From contig CT868027.1 in assembly GCA_000165425.1 (NCBI GenBank), positions 1 to 64,000 on the forward strand: a stretch of 64,000 nucleotides of DNA, in the 5' to 3' direction. Origin of the DNA: Paramecium tetraurelia. Its lineage: Eukaryota. Under the pieces are notes generated by a model. The model was not told the DNA's origin and made no database searches. It saw nothing but the letters and a program-made list of their open reading frames with translations. The translations under genes and the position numbers were made by a program. Position 1 is the stretch's first letter; each line of letters starts with the position of its first letter. Shown in pieces: positions 14,760 to 27,461 of this stretch.

Positions 14760-17555
14760 ATGAGCATCAACCACAAGAAAAAGATTTTTGAAAACACTGC
14801 TCCTAATCCGTATTTCAATACTATTGAATCTCCATAAGTTCCTAAGATTCTCGAATAATCAATTATTTAATAGAATCCTTATTTCAACAGTCAATTAGGC
14901 AATTCAAATTAATTCGAATTAACAAAATAGGTATTAGATGAACGTCAAAGTTTTTCTCCTAATGATTTAGAGTAGTTTCTAATATTATTTCGATAGCCAC
15001 AAAAAATCAACATGAAACTAGATAATAGTTAGTCAAGTTAATCTAATTAATAACAATTCTACGAATAGCTTGAAATAGAAGGAGAGAAATTGAGAGTTAA
15101 GTTAAAGGCAGACGCTCGTATAGTCTCATCAATTATAGAAAAACATACAAAGATGAAATCTAATAAATAACGATGTATTGAATAGATGAATCATCTCATA
15201 AATGAAATCAAGGCATATAATAATGTTTCTAGGTATTCTGAACTCAATAGATCCATAAAATACAATTTCAATTAACTTGAATCTAACCAATTAGAATTAA
15301 GAGATATTTAGAAGGAAGCATCAACATTTGAAAGAGTCATGTCAGTTTCAGTTTAATAGTAATAATCTCATCAACAAGGAAAAAATTAACTTGATCAAAC
15401 TATTGGACATTCATCAAATGAAACTTCCGAAGCTGAATTCACATCATTATCACTATAAATTTATTCATCAATTGAAATGCATGCAAAAGAATTTGAGCAA
15501 ACTATATCAGAGAAAAAAAGATTAATGCACATAAGTTAAAATTATCATTAATACAAATAAGTCTGTTAAGGCTTGATTTAGCTCATCCAAAAATATCCAT
15601 AATTTGAATAATAATAATCTTAACAAATGTTAAAGTTAGAAAGCATTGCTTCAATCTATTTTTTTCACTTTTAAAAAGAATTAAGCTAACAGAGTTTACA
15701 TTACACATAAATCACGGAAGACATTAGATTATCTTTGTCTATTATTGATAAAATGAAATATTTGTTGGATTAGGCAAAAAGTTTGGATTGCATAACCGAA
15801 TTTTATTTATATATAGAGAGCTAATTGACTGGACAATAAATCATTATTAAATCAGGAAATAATCTAAAGTTAGCGAAAGCTTACTAAAAATAATTCAATA
15901 TGCTTAATATCAATAATTATCAATATTTTCACATTCTCAGACATAAGGTTTATAATAAATGTCTTCTAGAGTTTGATAAAATATAATTTGACATAAAAAC
16001 AGCCAGAAATTTGCAATCAGTTCTATTAGACTATGTAAAAAGATTTAAAAATTATATTTCCATAGATTATATTAAATTATTCAACGAAGTATTAGTAAAG
16101 TTACAATAAGATCTAAAAAAAGAGTCTTGGCTCTATTTAATCAATCTATATACTGAATTAAGCTCGAAAAAATAAGACTTATTAACTATTATTAAACATT
16201 TACAAAATATAAAACACCAAAATTAATATTTAACAAGATTGATTTCAGTGTTTTAGTAAAATATTGAAAAAGAATTAGAATAAATAAAGGATCTTTAGCC
16301 TAAATTAAATCAATATTTACAAATATAGGATTTTAAGGCTTAAAAAGAGTTTGAAAATTTTTATGACCAATATTTAAAATGTTATAATGAAATACATCCA
16401 AAATAATAAAGCATATTAACTGATATTAATTAATTCTTAGAAGATTCAATCAATCCACAATTAAATGATGAATAATATCAATATTTGAGATCCCTATAAA
16501 CTCTATAGCCTAGTATTAGATCATTAAGCAATAAAAGAATTAGTGGAAATTTTAAAGAAATTAAAACTTAATTTGATGAATTACTATAATTTGAGGTAGA
16601 TATTGTTTAACTTCAAATATCTATGAAATCGATTATAACAACAAATTTTAATCTAATTTTAGATGATTTTTTAGATATTACAAAATCTAATACCAATAGT
16701 GTTTTGTCATAATTAATGGAATTCATATAAAAAAATATTAAGATTATTTCTGAAATTAAAAGTCCCTCCCTTTATAACATTAAGGAATAATAACTTCGTT
16801 AATTTTAATGGGTTTGGATTTTCTTTGAATAATTTGAAAAGTTTAGATCTTCTTTATCATTGTTATTTAATAATAATCAGACAATTAATTATTCTTAATA
16901 TTTATAGTTTATGAACAAAAATAAATTTAGCTCCTTATTCTATCAACTTTCAAAATGTAATTATAAAATTTGTAAAAAATGGCATGATTTTTAATTAGAT
17001 TTAAGTCATATTAGTCTTAAATCATATATATAATACATAACTAAGCTTCATGATAAGATCATTATAATAGGACAATTTGATGTTCCATTGACTCAAATAT
17101 AATTCAATGAAGAAAATTGTTAATTACTTTTAGAATTTTTAGAATTGGATAATACAAGTTAATTGTAAAGATTCATTTGCAAATATTAAATATATAGGAA
17201 GATGAAATAACTTCAATTAAACTAAGTAACTTTCAATAAGTTAAAGTAATATTTTGAACATTTGCAGATTGAATAAGATAATGAGGATTTTATAGATTTA
17301 AGGAATATTTTGATTGAATGTTCTGACTCTTAGTAAAAGGATAGCGAAATATACTCAACCTTACAAGAGGAATGGATTTTAGATCATTTAGAAAAAGGGG
17401 ATACTAGTTTTATATAAGGTTTTGTGAATCAAGAAGGAATTTTCAGTAGCAATTTAATGAGAAATACTGCAAAACTGTAGAGATTGGCCAAATTGTCTAA
17501 TGAATAGAATTTAAATTGGAGAAATATCAAATAAATATTAAAATAAGAAATTTGA
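14760..17555 (+). CDS. Hypothetical protein, about 931 aa, apparently intronless
   Basis: ATG 14760 (MSINHKKKIFENTAPNPYF) to TGA 17553-17555 spans 2796 nt (multiple of 3); no family recognised. Confidence 0.7.
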
Positions 17556-17605
17556 GTATATATTCTTTTTGTACTAATTAATTATTTAAAAAACAATAAT
17601 TAAAA

Positions 17606-20600
17606 TCAATGAATTTCTTAGAGTAACTCTTCAAGTAAATGATCAAAAATCATATCAGATAAGTCTATTGCAACTACTGTGTGTTCTTCATCGTAACTTA
17701 TCCATTTATCCTCATTTTCAATAACCTAGAAATTTAATTGAATAATACCTCTGCAGATAGCATTCTAATCATCCTATCTTCTTTTATTTAAGCTAAACAT
17801 TCTTGATCAAACATCAAAATTTTTGGATATGGACAATCTTCCTTATCAATCAAAAAGCCAGCCAAATAATGACACCATTCCAATACTTTATCAGAACTAG
17901 ATTTAATGATGTTTGGCATATCCTGTAAACTTTTTTTTCGAAATTGCAATCTAACAGCGTCGGATTTCCAAGCATAAGGTTATCCTGCCATTCCATAAGG
18001 TCTGTGATAATCTAAGGCTTCATTTAAAGCATCGAAAATTGCTTTATTGTGAAAATGTTCCAACTCTAATAATTAAGATGATTGACTTTTCAAAATTTAT
18101 TCATTCATCAAAAACCTTTCAAAAGTTCCAAATAATTCAGAGGTCATAATTATATTTTACAAGTAATTTTCATTTGAATTGCTTTCCTCATCAGAGCCTA
18201 TAGTTGAATCAGAGATGGGATGTAAAAATCTTAGCATGTCTTTTGAAGATGGTCCTAATGGAACATTAATTTTGGCTAGCACTTCATCCTTGTAATTGCA
18301 AAGCATAAATTCTGTCAAATGAGTCAAGTAAATCTTGACTGAAGGAATTCCTGTTTTGAATCCTCTTGTTTAATTTGTTCCATAATTGGTTTACAATTGT
18401 GATGGGGGTCTGTTAATTTAAGCTTTAGTAACTAATTCAAATATATCAATGTTGTGTCTACCAAGTTCTTAACATAATAATTATATTTCCTGGACTATCA
18501 ACATATTTGAAATGAGAATAGAGTAAGATTCTGCTTACTTTTCAGACATTGATGATTGCTCTCTTACTATATCTTAAACTCTCAAGACTTGTGATTATGC
18601 TAATTAATGCAAATTGAATGGTTCTGGTTCATAATCTGCATATTATTAATGAGATGGACTTGAGTTATTTTTAAAAATAACTTCATCATCAAAATTTTGA
18701 GACTTACTTAAATCTTCATCACTAAGCAAAGATGACTTTTATGGTAATGATAATTAAAGTTATTAAAAATTTTAATTTTGTATATCTATAATACTATTCC
18801 TTAATGATTATTCTGAATATAGGACAGAATCCTAACTAAAGCTATCAATAATTTTGATGTAAGATTGAGAATTAGATTGAGACATCTATTTCATGAATAG
18901 AATATCTCTTTAAGTTTTCATAACCGTCTCATAAGTGCTTTATTGACCTTTAATAATCTCAGTTTTTTTCTTTTCTAAGTCTTTTCTTTGTTTGGTAACC
19001 CATTTTTCAAGTTTTCTGTTCTATTAATCATATGTCTTAGGAGAAATTTGTTTATTTTAATATGCTTCATTTATGGTTTTAATCTATTATTTATGTCTCT
19101 CTTCAAGAACCTTCTCTCTCATAGATATTAACTCATCCATTTTATCTCTTGCCATTAACTCTTTGAATTTCACTTGAACAAAATCTTAGAATGAAGATTA
19201 TTCGAATATGCTCTTCTCCTAATTAAATGTTTAATCTTCTTAAGATAAACTTTTAATCAGAGACTCAGATCCAATAGCACATCTAATTTCTCCTATTTCA
19301 ACTTATTATTAATTTTAATATTCTTTCTCAATTTCATCAACATCAATTGATAATCTCTTTTTCTTTTTGAATGTGATCTATTAATTCATTATCAGTGAAT
19401 TCTTTTCAGTACTTTCTCTACAGTTTTCCATTTCTTACTATTCAGAAATTGCTGATAAAAATTACTTTTTTTCTGTAGTTTTCTTTCCTTCACTCTCATT
19501 TGAATCACTAAAACCTTCTATATAATCGTGATAAGTAACATCGAACATCTATTTTTGTGTTTAGGGTGCTTCTTCTTTAGAAGGATTTGGTTTCTTTTTC
19601 TTATTTTATACTGAAGAATTAGAAGATCTTTCACTTACCTTCTGTTCAATTAATTACACCTTTCCTTTAGAGTCAATTTTTATGTAGCCCATTTTTATCA
19701 ATTCTTGAATTTAACTTTAATGCAAATCATTTAAATTAAATTCTTCTTATTCTTCTTCTTTTTTAAAATAATCCTAATAATAACTTAAAATTTATCTAGT
19801 CTTATATTTTCTCCAAACTTTTTATATTTTAATTGCTGCTTGTTCATCAGTTTGAGATTTTTATCTTTTCTCACTATATTTACTAGCAGCTTATTCGATT
19901 GATCTAATCTCTTATATTTCTTTAATATCCTATTCATCCCAATCTCTTTATGAACTCAACATTTCATCTTTGTCTTCTCCTAATGTTATCAATTTCTAAC
20001 TATAAAAACTATTATCAAAATTAGCAAAATCTTATTCGGGATCACTTTCATTCGGTATGTTTGCGCTACTTGAATTGCTCATATATTGATATATTGACGA
20101 GCATGGCTACCTCATGGATTCATGATTTGACGATTATACTAACTTAGATTTATCTGATTAGTTTTTAAATTGACATAACACTTTTCTCTTTTTCTTTTAT
20201 TCGTATCTATCAGATATGAGATTTTCTTTTTAGTCTTCATAAATAATTCCATAAGTTGATGCTGTTCTATTCTTTCTTCTCTATTTTGTATCCCCAACCG
20301 AAAGACTTCTATTTCTTGATCTTATGTATTCATTAAGATTTTGTAAATTTTGATGAATTTTGAATTGCTTTTCATATTATTTCTTTTTCTATTCTTATTT
20401 GGCTATCATATTCATTTTTTATTTGAACTCCTTGTATTTTCTAATTTCTTCTTGGTTAATCTAAATTTTTGGTTTGTTTTGATCCTTTTTGGTTGGAGTC
20501 ATTGATTTATTTAATTCTAGATGATATAAATGATAATTGCTTACTTTTCTTTTTTAGGAATTTATCCATTGAAACATTATTTAAAAATGAAACTCCTAAT

Positions 20601-21100
20601 TGATCTCTTCTTTATTTAATGTCTACATCAGTTTTATTCACTCTTTTCAACATTGTTTCTTAAACATTTCTCTATTTCATCTATTCATTTAAAATATAAT
20701 TTTTTAATCTTTCCTAGTTGACTCCCCAATTAAATAAAGGGGAAGTGTGAACCTTTTTTTATTTTTAAGGCTTATTCATACTAGTATTGATAGCTTTTTT
20801 GGGTTTAGGGGGTTTTTCAAGCTTTTCATATGATGCTTTAGTCACAGGAGCGCTAATTTTGATGTTTAAAGTTTTCTTCTTTTTTTTCTTTTTGGTTTTA
20901 GCTTTTGTAGACCGATTGATCAAATTACCTAACATCATATCATTTTCTTCTTGCTTGATTATATTGCCATATTGGGGATGTTCTCGAGAGTTGATCACTA
21001 AAGGAGTATTAGAGTAAGAGTCTAATTTACGTCCTTTAATAAAACTGTTCTCTTTGATTTGAACACTTATATTTAATTTTGAATTGTCTTAACTTCTCAT
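17606..21100 (-). CDS. CEP350-like centrosomal/basal-body coiled-coil protein with IQ motif
   Basis: IQ motif EQAAIKIQKVWRKYKTR; long coiled coils; C-terminal EDKWISYDEEHTVVAIDLSDMIFDHLLEE resembles the CEP350/DUF4378 end. Confidence 0.7.
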
Positions 21101-21234
21101 TTTGAAATTTTATTTAGTTAAATATCAAATATAATGAGAATTAATACAAATGAAATGAATTCTTCCTGTAATTATAAATAAAGACACTATTTATTTGTTC
21201 TAAGCAATTATTTTGAGATTGGCTTATTTTTTAA

Positions 21235-21277
21235 TAAACCCATAAAATAATTTATGTATTAGCTTCTACTTTATAAA
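21235..21277 (+). promoter_or_regulatory. U6 Pol III promoter: upstream element TAAACCCATAAA plus TATA box
   Basis: TAAACCCATAAA at 21235-21246 (about -65 to -54) and TATAAA at 21272-21277 (about -28); resembles the ACCCATAAA-type upstream element of ciliate snRNA genes. Confidence 0.7.
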
Positions 21278-21299
21278 TTAATGAATATGTAATTATATT

Positions 21300-21405
21300 G
21301 GAAGACCCTTCGGGGTCATCCGTCAAATTTGGAACGTAACAGAGAAGATTAGCATGGCCCCTGCGTAAGGATGACACGCATTAAGCGAGATGGTAGCTCA
21401 TTTTT
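21300..21405 (+). ncRNA. U6: U6 spliceosomal snRNA
   Basis: 5' hairpin GACCC-TTCG-GGGTC; ACAGAGA box at 21339-21345; AGATTAGCATGGCCCCTGCGTAAGGATGACACGCA core. Confidence 0.97.
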
Positions 21406-21409
21406 TTTT
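21401..21409 (+). terminator. Pol III oligo-T terminator of U6
   Basis: T9 run directly after the U6 3' end. Confidence 0.85.
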
Positions 21410-21467
21410 GATTTTTATCAATTTTATAATATTTTTGTTTATATCTATTTTTTGATATATATTGCAA

Positions 21468-23077
21468 TCAACCTTCAGTTAAAGTTTAGACTGATGTTTT
21501 GGTTGATCCATCCTTGAATTTATATGTCTTTGTTATTTTTGTAATTTTTTATCCATTCTTAATAGTGACTGCGGTTGATGTACTAACTGAAACACATCCA
21601 GGTGGAAGTTTTTCTAAACTCAATCTAATTAAATACCTTCTTCCTAATTTTGAGGGGCTTGAGCATCATTTCCACCTTTGGCTCCCAACATCATATTTTT
21701 CATTTAATCTTTCATGCTTTAGGGTTAAGATTATTATTATGCTTTAGGCTTTTATCCTTAGGCTCCCTTTGGAGTGAATTCACCTGCAAAATCGAAAACA
21801 CATTGAGTTTAATATTGCTTATGATCTCCTGCTGCAATTCCAACTAAATAGAAGTCAGGACTAAAACAGTTTTTTCTATGTCCTCTTGAACCCACTCCAT
21901 CATCGATTAGTAATTGAATAATTACATCCTACCCATTCTTTTGTCCATAGCTGATATTCTCTCCAATTTTGCCATTCCATTCTCCATATCTTTCAATTCT
22001 GTCAGATAGAGATGATCCATCAGTACCAGTGTGACCACAGACACCTTTTGGACCTGTATCATTCACATGATCAATACAAGCTTGTTCCAATCCCTTTTCG
22101 TATGTCAAAGGTTATAAAGGCTATTGTTTTTATAAAAAGGCAATTAATTCTATATAATTATTCGTTATTTATACCTTGGATAACTTTGGTACCCTCATTT
22201 GTTTATAATGGTATCTCTCCAGGCTTATAAAGGACGTTACCCTTGAATAACTTCATCAGTTCCTATAATTTTGGTATGGGCAGTGTTGGATTTTGTCTAA
22301 CTTAATTCAAATAATCAAAAGCATCTTTGACAATTTTGTCATTGGGATCTTTGGATTATGCTTTAGCAGGGGCTGCTTATTCTCTGGATTGCATAGGGGC
22401 ACTTTGACCTCCCTCTTTTTATGGTGCTACTCCTTATTAAGAATTTCCACCACCAGCATCTAAGCCAGCTTTATCTTGAAAAGAGCCTGCAAAATCAAAA
22501 ACACATTGAGTTTTAAATTATTTATGATCACCGTCGAAAATACCTACTGCTCCAAATTCTGCCTTAAAACAGTTTTTTCTATGTCCTCTAGATGATACTC
22601 CATCATCAATTATCAATTAAATGATGACTAAGTTGATAAATGGATATTATTACCATCTTCACCAGTCGTTTGACCATAACTGATGTTTTCTCCTATTGTA
22701 ACATCCCACTCACCATATCTTTCTATTCTATCACTCATTGATGATCCATCTGTACCGGTATGGCCTGTAACACCCTTAGGTCCTGTATCTTTTACATGAT
22801 CTCTTGCTGCACACTCCAAACCCTTACTCCAAGTCAATGGACCAACTGGTTTTTGATTCTATAAGAACTAGATGCATTCTGAGGTATAAATAGCATAAAT
22901 TATAAACCATTGACAACTTTTGGGCCTTCATTTAGTTTGTAAAGGAATTTCTCCTGGTTTATACACTACATTTCCTTTAAACAGCTTTAGATGTTCCTGT
23001 AACTTTGAGATAGCAATCTAAGGATTTTATCTCATCTTATTGAGATATTCAAATGCTTCTTTAGAAATTTTGCTCAT
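21468..23077 (-). CDS. Protein with two tandem CAP (SCP/PR-1) domains
   Basis: Two copies of H..DTGPKGV.GHTGTDGSS.SDRIERYGEW...GENISYG...LIIDDGV.SRGHRKNC; low-complexity linker and tail; three introns. Confidence 0.9.
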
Positions 23078-23163
23078 TAAAATATATATTTACAACGTGC
23101 AAAATAAATAATATAAGTTAAATCACATTAATATAATACTATTAAAATTTATACAAAACAAAA

Positions 23164-23977
23164 TCAATTCTGTTTAGTTTTCTTCTTTTTCTATTATTCA
23201 TCTGCTGAATTTAATTTCCGTATAATCCACGTTATACCTGCTCCAATGCAAAGAAATACAAGTATTAAGAATACAATATCTGAAAGGTTGGCTTTTTGTA
23301 ATTTTGGTTGATAATCATATAGAGTTCTATGTTTCCCTTTTGTCTACTATGCAGCAATCTTCAAGTATTCTAAATCTAAATCATCGTAATCGTCGTCTCG
23401 CTCTCTCTCCTATTGTTTTTTTTTGTTTGAATCTTCTGCCAATGCAGATTCGAAATCCTATCATTTTCAACAAATTTGATACTTCAATGTATTTCCACAC
23501 TGCGTTCTCCTATTCACTGATTTCTCTTTCCCAAGAACCATTTCTGAATTAATTAAAATCGATCTCAGAAAATAAGGCAGGCAACCTTGAATGATCAAAT
23601 TCCTCAGATCTCACTTATAATAACACTTAAACACTTTCATCATAATTGAGCTATTTGGAACATGAAATTGCATGGGTTGTATATAATTTAATCCAAACAC
23701 TTTATTGTTCTTCCTTCGAAGCTTGACTATAATAAATAATAAATACTCACTTATCTACAATCTCAACAAGTTCACTTCCATAATTTCCCAAATGCATTCT
23801 GGCTAAAATGATGCACGTATAATAAATAGTGTCTCTCTCTTTCTTTAGTTTCTATTCCTATAGCAATCTAAGTTGTTCTTCTGGGGAGATTTCTTGTATT
23901 GTTTCAATACCATCTTGATTTATAACTTCATCTTAGCATTTTGCTAAAGCTAAGACGAGAATAATTGGAATTAACAT
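23164..23977 (-). CDS. Signal-peptide, single-pass membrane protein with KxKxx ER-retrieval tail
   Basis: MLIPIILVLALAKC signal; C-terminal hydrophobic helix IVFLILVFLCIGAGITWII; ends ...KKKTKQN*. Confidence 0.7.
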
Positions 23978-24004
23978 TAATTAATTAAACGTGTAAAATT
24001 AATA

Positions 24005-26448
24005 TCAAGACTCAATTAATGTTTAATGAATTTGTGTATTTAACACAGCTGCCTTTTGTTATTCCAAAAACTTAGTATAATCGTCATCCTTAATGGGGAT
24101 TTCATCAATTTATATAAAAAAGTAGTCCTCGTTCACTTCTGGTTACCAATTCGTAAGAATACGCACAACCTCATCGAGATTACTCATCTAATTACTAATT
24201 TAGATATCTTACTTTCAATTCTATTTAGAAATATTTCAAATAACAAATTCCAACTTTGAACAAGTAGATTTCTCCTTCCAATAAGAAATTATCCCATAAT
24301 CTTGAGAGCATAGGAAATTTAAATTGATGCAAGAATATTTTTAAGAACCATTTCATCAAATAGAGTTTAGTTTCTAATTTAATGGCCTTAAGATGGTTGT
24401 ACACAAAAGGTAGAATTCTTTATAGATTCTCTTCAAAGAATCGTATTCTCCATTCGATCTGTCTAGTATCATTTTAAAAGACACTTAGGAAATGATATTA
24501 ATGGAGCAGATTGACCAAGGCCTAGAAACTATCGTATTCTTGCAGATGTTTGATAAGAACTACTGCAATATCAATTAAATCTGGTATGTATCCGAAATCT
24601 GGTCTATAATTACTAAAGGCATGTAAGATATTTGATAATTCCTTGGCTTTTACATCAGTTATGAATGGATATTATTGTTTTGCCCTTATGATATCTCCTC
24701 TAATAGCTAGAATTTGATGATTCGTGATACCTTCTTAAATATTGGTAGTTTTACGAACAAATATGGCATAGAGTTCTTCTCTAATCTTTAGGTTGTTGCC
24801 TATAATAATAGGCCATAGAGTTCTCCTTGCAAAATCAGGCAATCCGAGTTTCCATAAGATCATTAGTAACATTGACTTATTTTTCTTTCCTTAGACGATC
24901 ATTTCCTATTAGATATTGCTACCATTATTGATTTCTGATTGATTGCTGTATTGTTAATTTTAAATTTGCTATCTATTCTGGATAGGATTCAAGGAGATAG
25001 TTTTTTTAAGACAACGACATAAACTTTCTAGAACACTAGCGGAATTGGCTTGATTCTATGCTTTTTAAACGGCTTCTTCTTTTTTGACACTTATATATTT
25101 CTTATAATTCAAAGGTTTATTTGGTTCATAATCCCAATGTGACCTCCAAAAAGGCAAGATGTCATTTCTCCAGATTTCTGATCTCTTCTCCTCATTCTCT
25201 TATCTCCTTTATTTCTCTTCTGCTCTCTTAGCCTCCATCTCTCTACGATTAATAATGACTGCTCTTAAGTAATTGATCCATTTTGATTTAATTTCCAAAT
25301 CATTCACCTTTATATCAACTGATCTATGTATTGTAATGATTGAAAAACAAAACATGTCAAATTCAGGGGGAATATTATTCTTTATCATAATCTCGGTTGT
25401 ATTTTGTCCCAATGCTATGTCATGAACATCACACATATTGATATATCTAGCTGGTTCATTATCATTATTTATGGATCTCCAACATATACGTCTAATTTAA
25501 TCATTTCAATTACTTCTCATCACTACTTAAGAAAAACTTTCTTGGTTATCCACCATTGTATCTTCCATATTTAACCAAATTGCATCCTTTCATTAGATCA
25601 AATGCTACTTACAACCATTTAGTTATCTACTCCCCTTGTATTTTCTCATTGCATAAAATCATACGATTGTACATCTATTCTAAATAATCTAGTGTCGTTT
25701 GGAATGGTTCCCTAGTTATGGAATCATAAACCTCCTCAAAATATTTAGGTGAGATATCTGGAAATACTGGAATATTATTTTTTAGGAATTGCTCCTTTGT
25801 CATCTTATTCTTTGGTAAGATTTTAGTAGAAGCAGCATCAGTTGACAACATTATGAATGAGTAAGCCAGTACATATGGGATATCATCTGACTTAAATTCA
25901 TGAGGATTTTATTAATGATAAACCTTTGCAAATACTTTGACTACTCTATCTACCATTTATGCTTCTCCTGCTAATCGAAATCTCTATAATAATAATCTCA
26001 TTGCATCCAAATAGCTCTTACCTTTTAAATTAAATTGTTGACAATAAGCTTCAAATACATCCTAATGTTTTTGATCTGGTTTACAAAAGTATTTGTTTAT
26101 TGAATCCTTATTCAATCCCTTTGTATTCATTAGCACTTTCGCTATGTCCTCATTTGTATTCTCAATCACCTAATTATCAATCAAATATTATATGGCCTAA
26201 AATTTAAATTATTTTCTTATTACACTATTTTGATCCTTCGAAAATCTTGTTATAAACTAATCAATATGAAATCTCTCTTGAACAGCCTTTTCACATATTG
26301 TAATTTATTGGATTAATGGGTTATTTCCATTTACGATCTTATCCATTTTATTCTATTATCTCTCATACTATTTCGTTGAACTCGGCTTACTCTTTACCCC
26401 TGGAGAATCCTCTTCAACTATGATGACTTAATCTTCATCATCTGACAT
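24005..26448 (-). CDS. Sec7-PH-TBC (ArfGEF/RabGAP fusion; TBS-type) protein
   Basis: Sec7 FRLAGEAQMVDRVV and YVLAYSFIMLSTD; PH-like LMKGCNLVKYGR...KWINYL; TBC LWKLGLPDFARRTLW, IRGDIIR, YRPDFGY. Confidence 0.9.
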
Positions 26449-27072
26449 TATTTTAGAATTTTTAATTTATTAAAGAAAACACAACTATTGTACTTAGTTT
26501 ATGCATAATGCTATTTAATAATCAAAAACTAGATTTTATATAAACCTGCATTAACGATTCAAAAAGCTGAGCCCAAACATTTAATGAACAAATATGTAGA
26601 ATAAAATGAGATAATACCTATTTACTTTCATATTGTAATAGAAGGAATATTAAAAATTAACTTAAGTATTATTCTAAAATTTGCATCAATTTAATTCTGA
26701 AATTCCTTTATTACATAATGAATATTATTAATGGAGGAATAAGGAAAAAATGATAAATATGCATAGATTAATAAGATTATTAATATTATAAATATTAATC
26801 ATAGGAGACTAAGATTTAGAGTTCATTTTAATTTCATAAAATGAAACATTAATTTAATGGTTCTTAGATAGAAATGAATAAAGAAGATTATAATCTTATC
26901 AATTAATAAACATTACCAAACAATTCTTAGTCGTACTAGAGGGAACTATTGTAAATTCTTAATAAATAATTTGAATAAGGGTTATTTTATTAAATAAAAG
27001 AGATTGAATCGGAGAGGAATAAGAGCAATAATTAGAAATTTATGATATTAAAATTTTTAAATTAATTTTAAA

Positions 27073-27461
27073 ATGGTCAAGAATGTTGCTTAAGAGAGTG
27101 TCAATTAAAAACTTTAATTGGTGGTTAGATCAGGAAAGATCACCATGGGTTACAAATAAACCTTGAAGGCCATTAGAAATGGAACAGCCAAGCTTGTATT
27201 CATCTCAAACAATTGTCCAACAATCAGAAAGACCCAAATTGAATACTATGCCATGTTGGCTTAGATCACCATTGTTTTATATCAAGGAAACAACGTCGAT
27301 TTAGGTACGGGGGTTATTTGGGAGGCTTAGCTCTTCCTAATTGAGTTTATGGGCATGAGTGATTTTATCTTATTTTAGGTACCGCCTGTGGTAAATTACA
27401 CAGATGCTCAAGTTTAGCCATCATTGATGCTGGAGATTCTGACATCTTAACATAATAATGA
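27073..27461 (+). CDS. RPL30: 60S ribosomal protein L30 (eL30)
   Basis: [25 protein letters not shown]...[18 protein letters not shown]...[30 protein letters not shown]; exons 27073-27304 and 27379-27461. Confidence 0.97.
27305..27378 (+). other. Atypically long (74 nt) GC-rich intron of RPL30 with nested splice sites
   Basis: GTACGG...TTTTAG; removal restores conserved DLGTACG; 29 of 74 nt are G or C. Confidence 0.9.

Noticed and set aside
26500..27050. Possible gene upstream of RPL30
   Set aside because: Only short discontinuous frames; no supportable gene model
27305..27378. Intron-encoded snoRNA as the cause of the long intron
   Set aside because: No CTGA D box, no canonical C box and no terminal ACA; not fully excluded without small-RNA data
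27302..27381. RPL30 insert as a retained TA-bounded germline IES (TTTAGGTAC is repeated at both ends)
   Set aside because: GC-rich, weak match to the IES end consensus, perfect GT-AG ends, and no other gene in the window shows IES interruptions; the repeat is explained by AG|GT splice context
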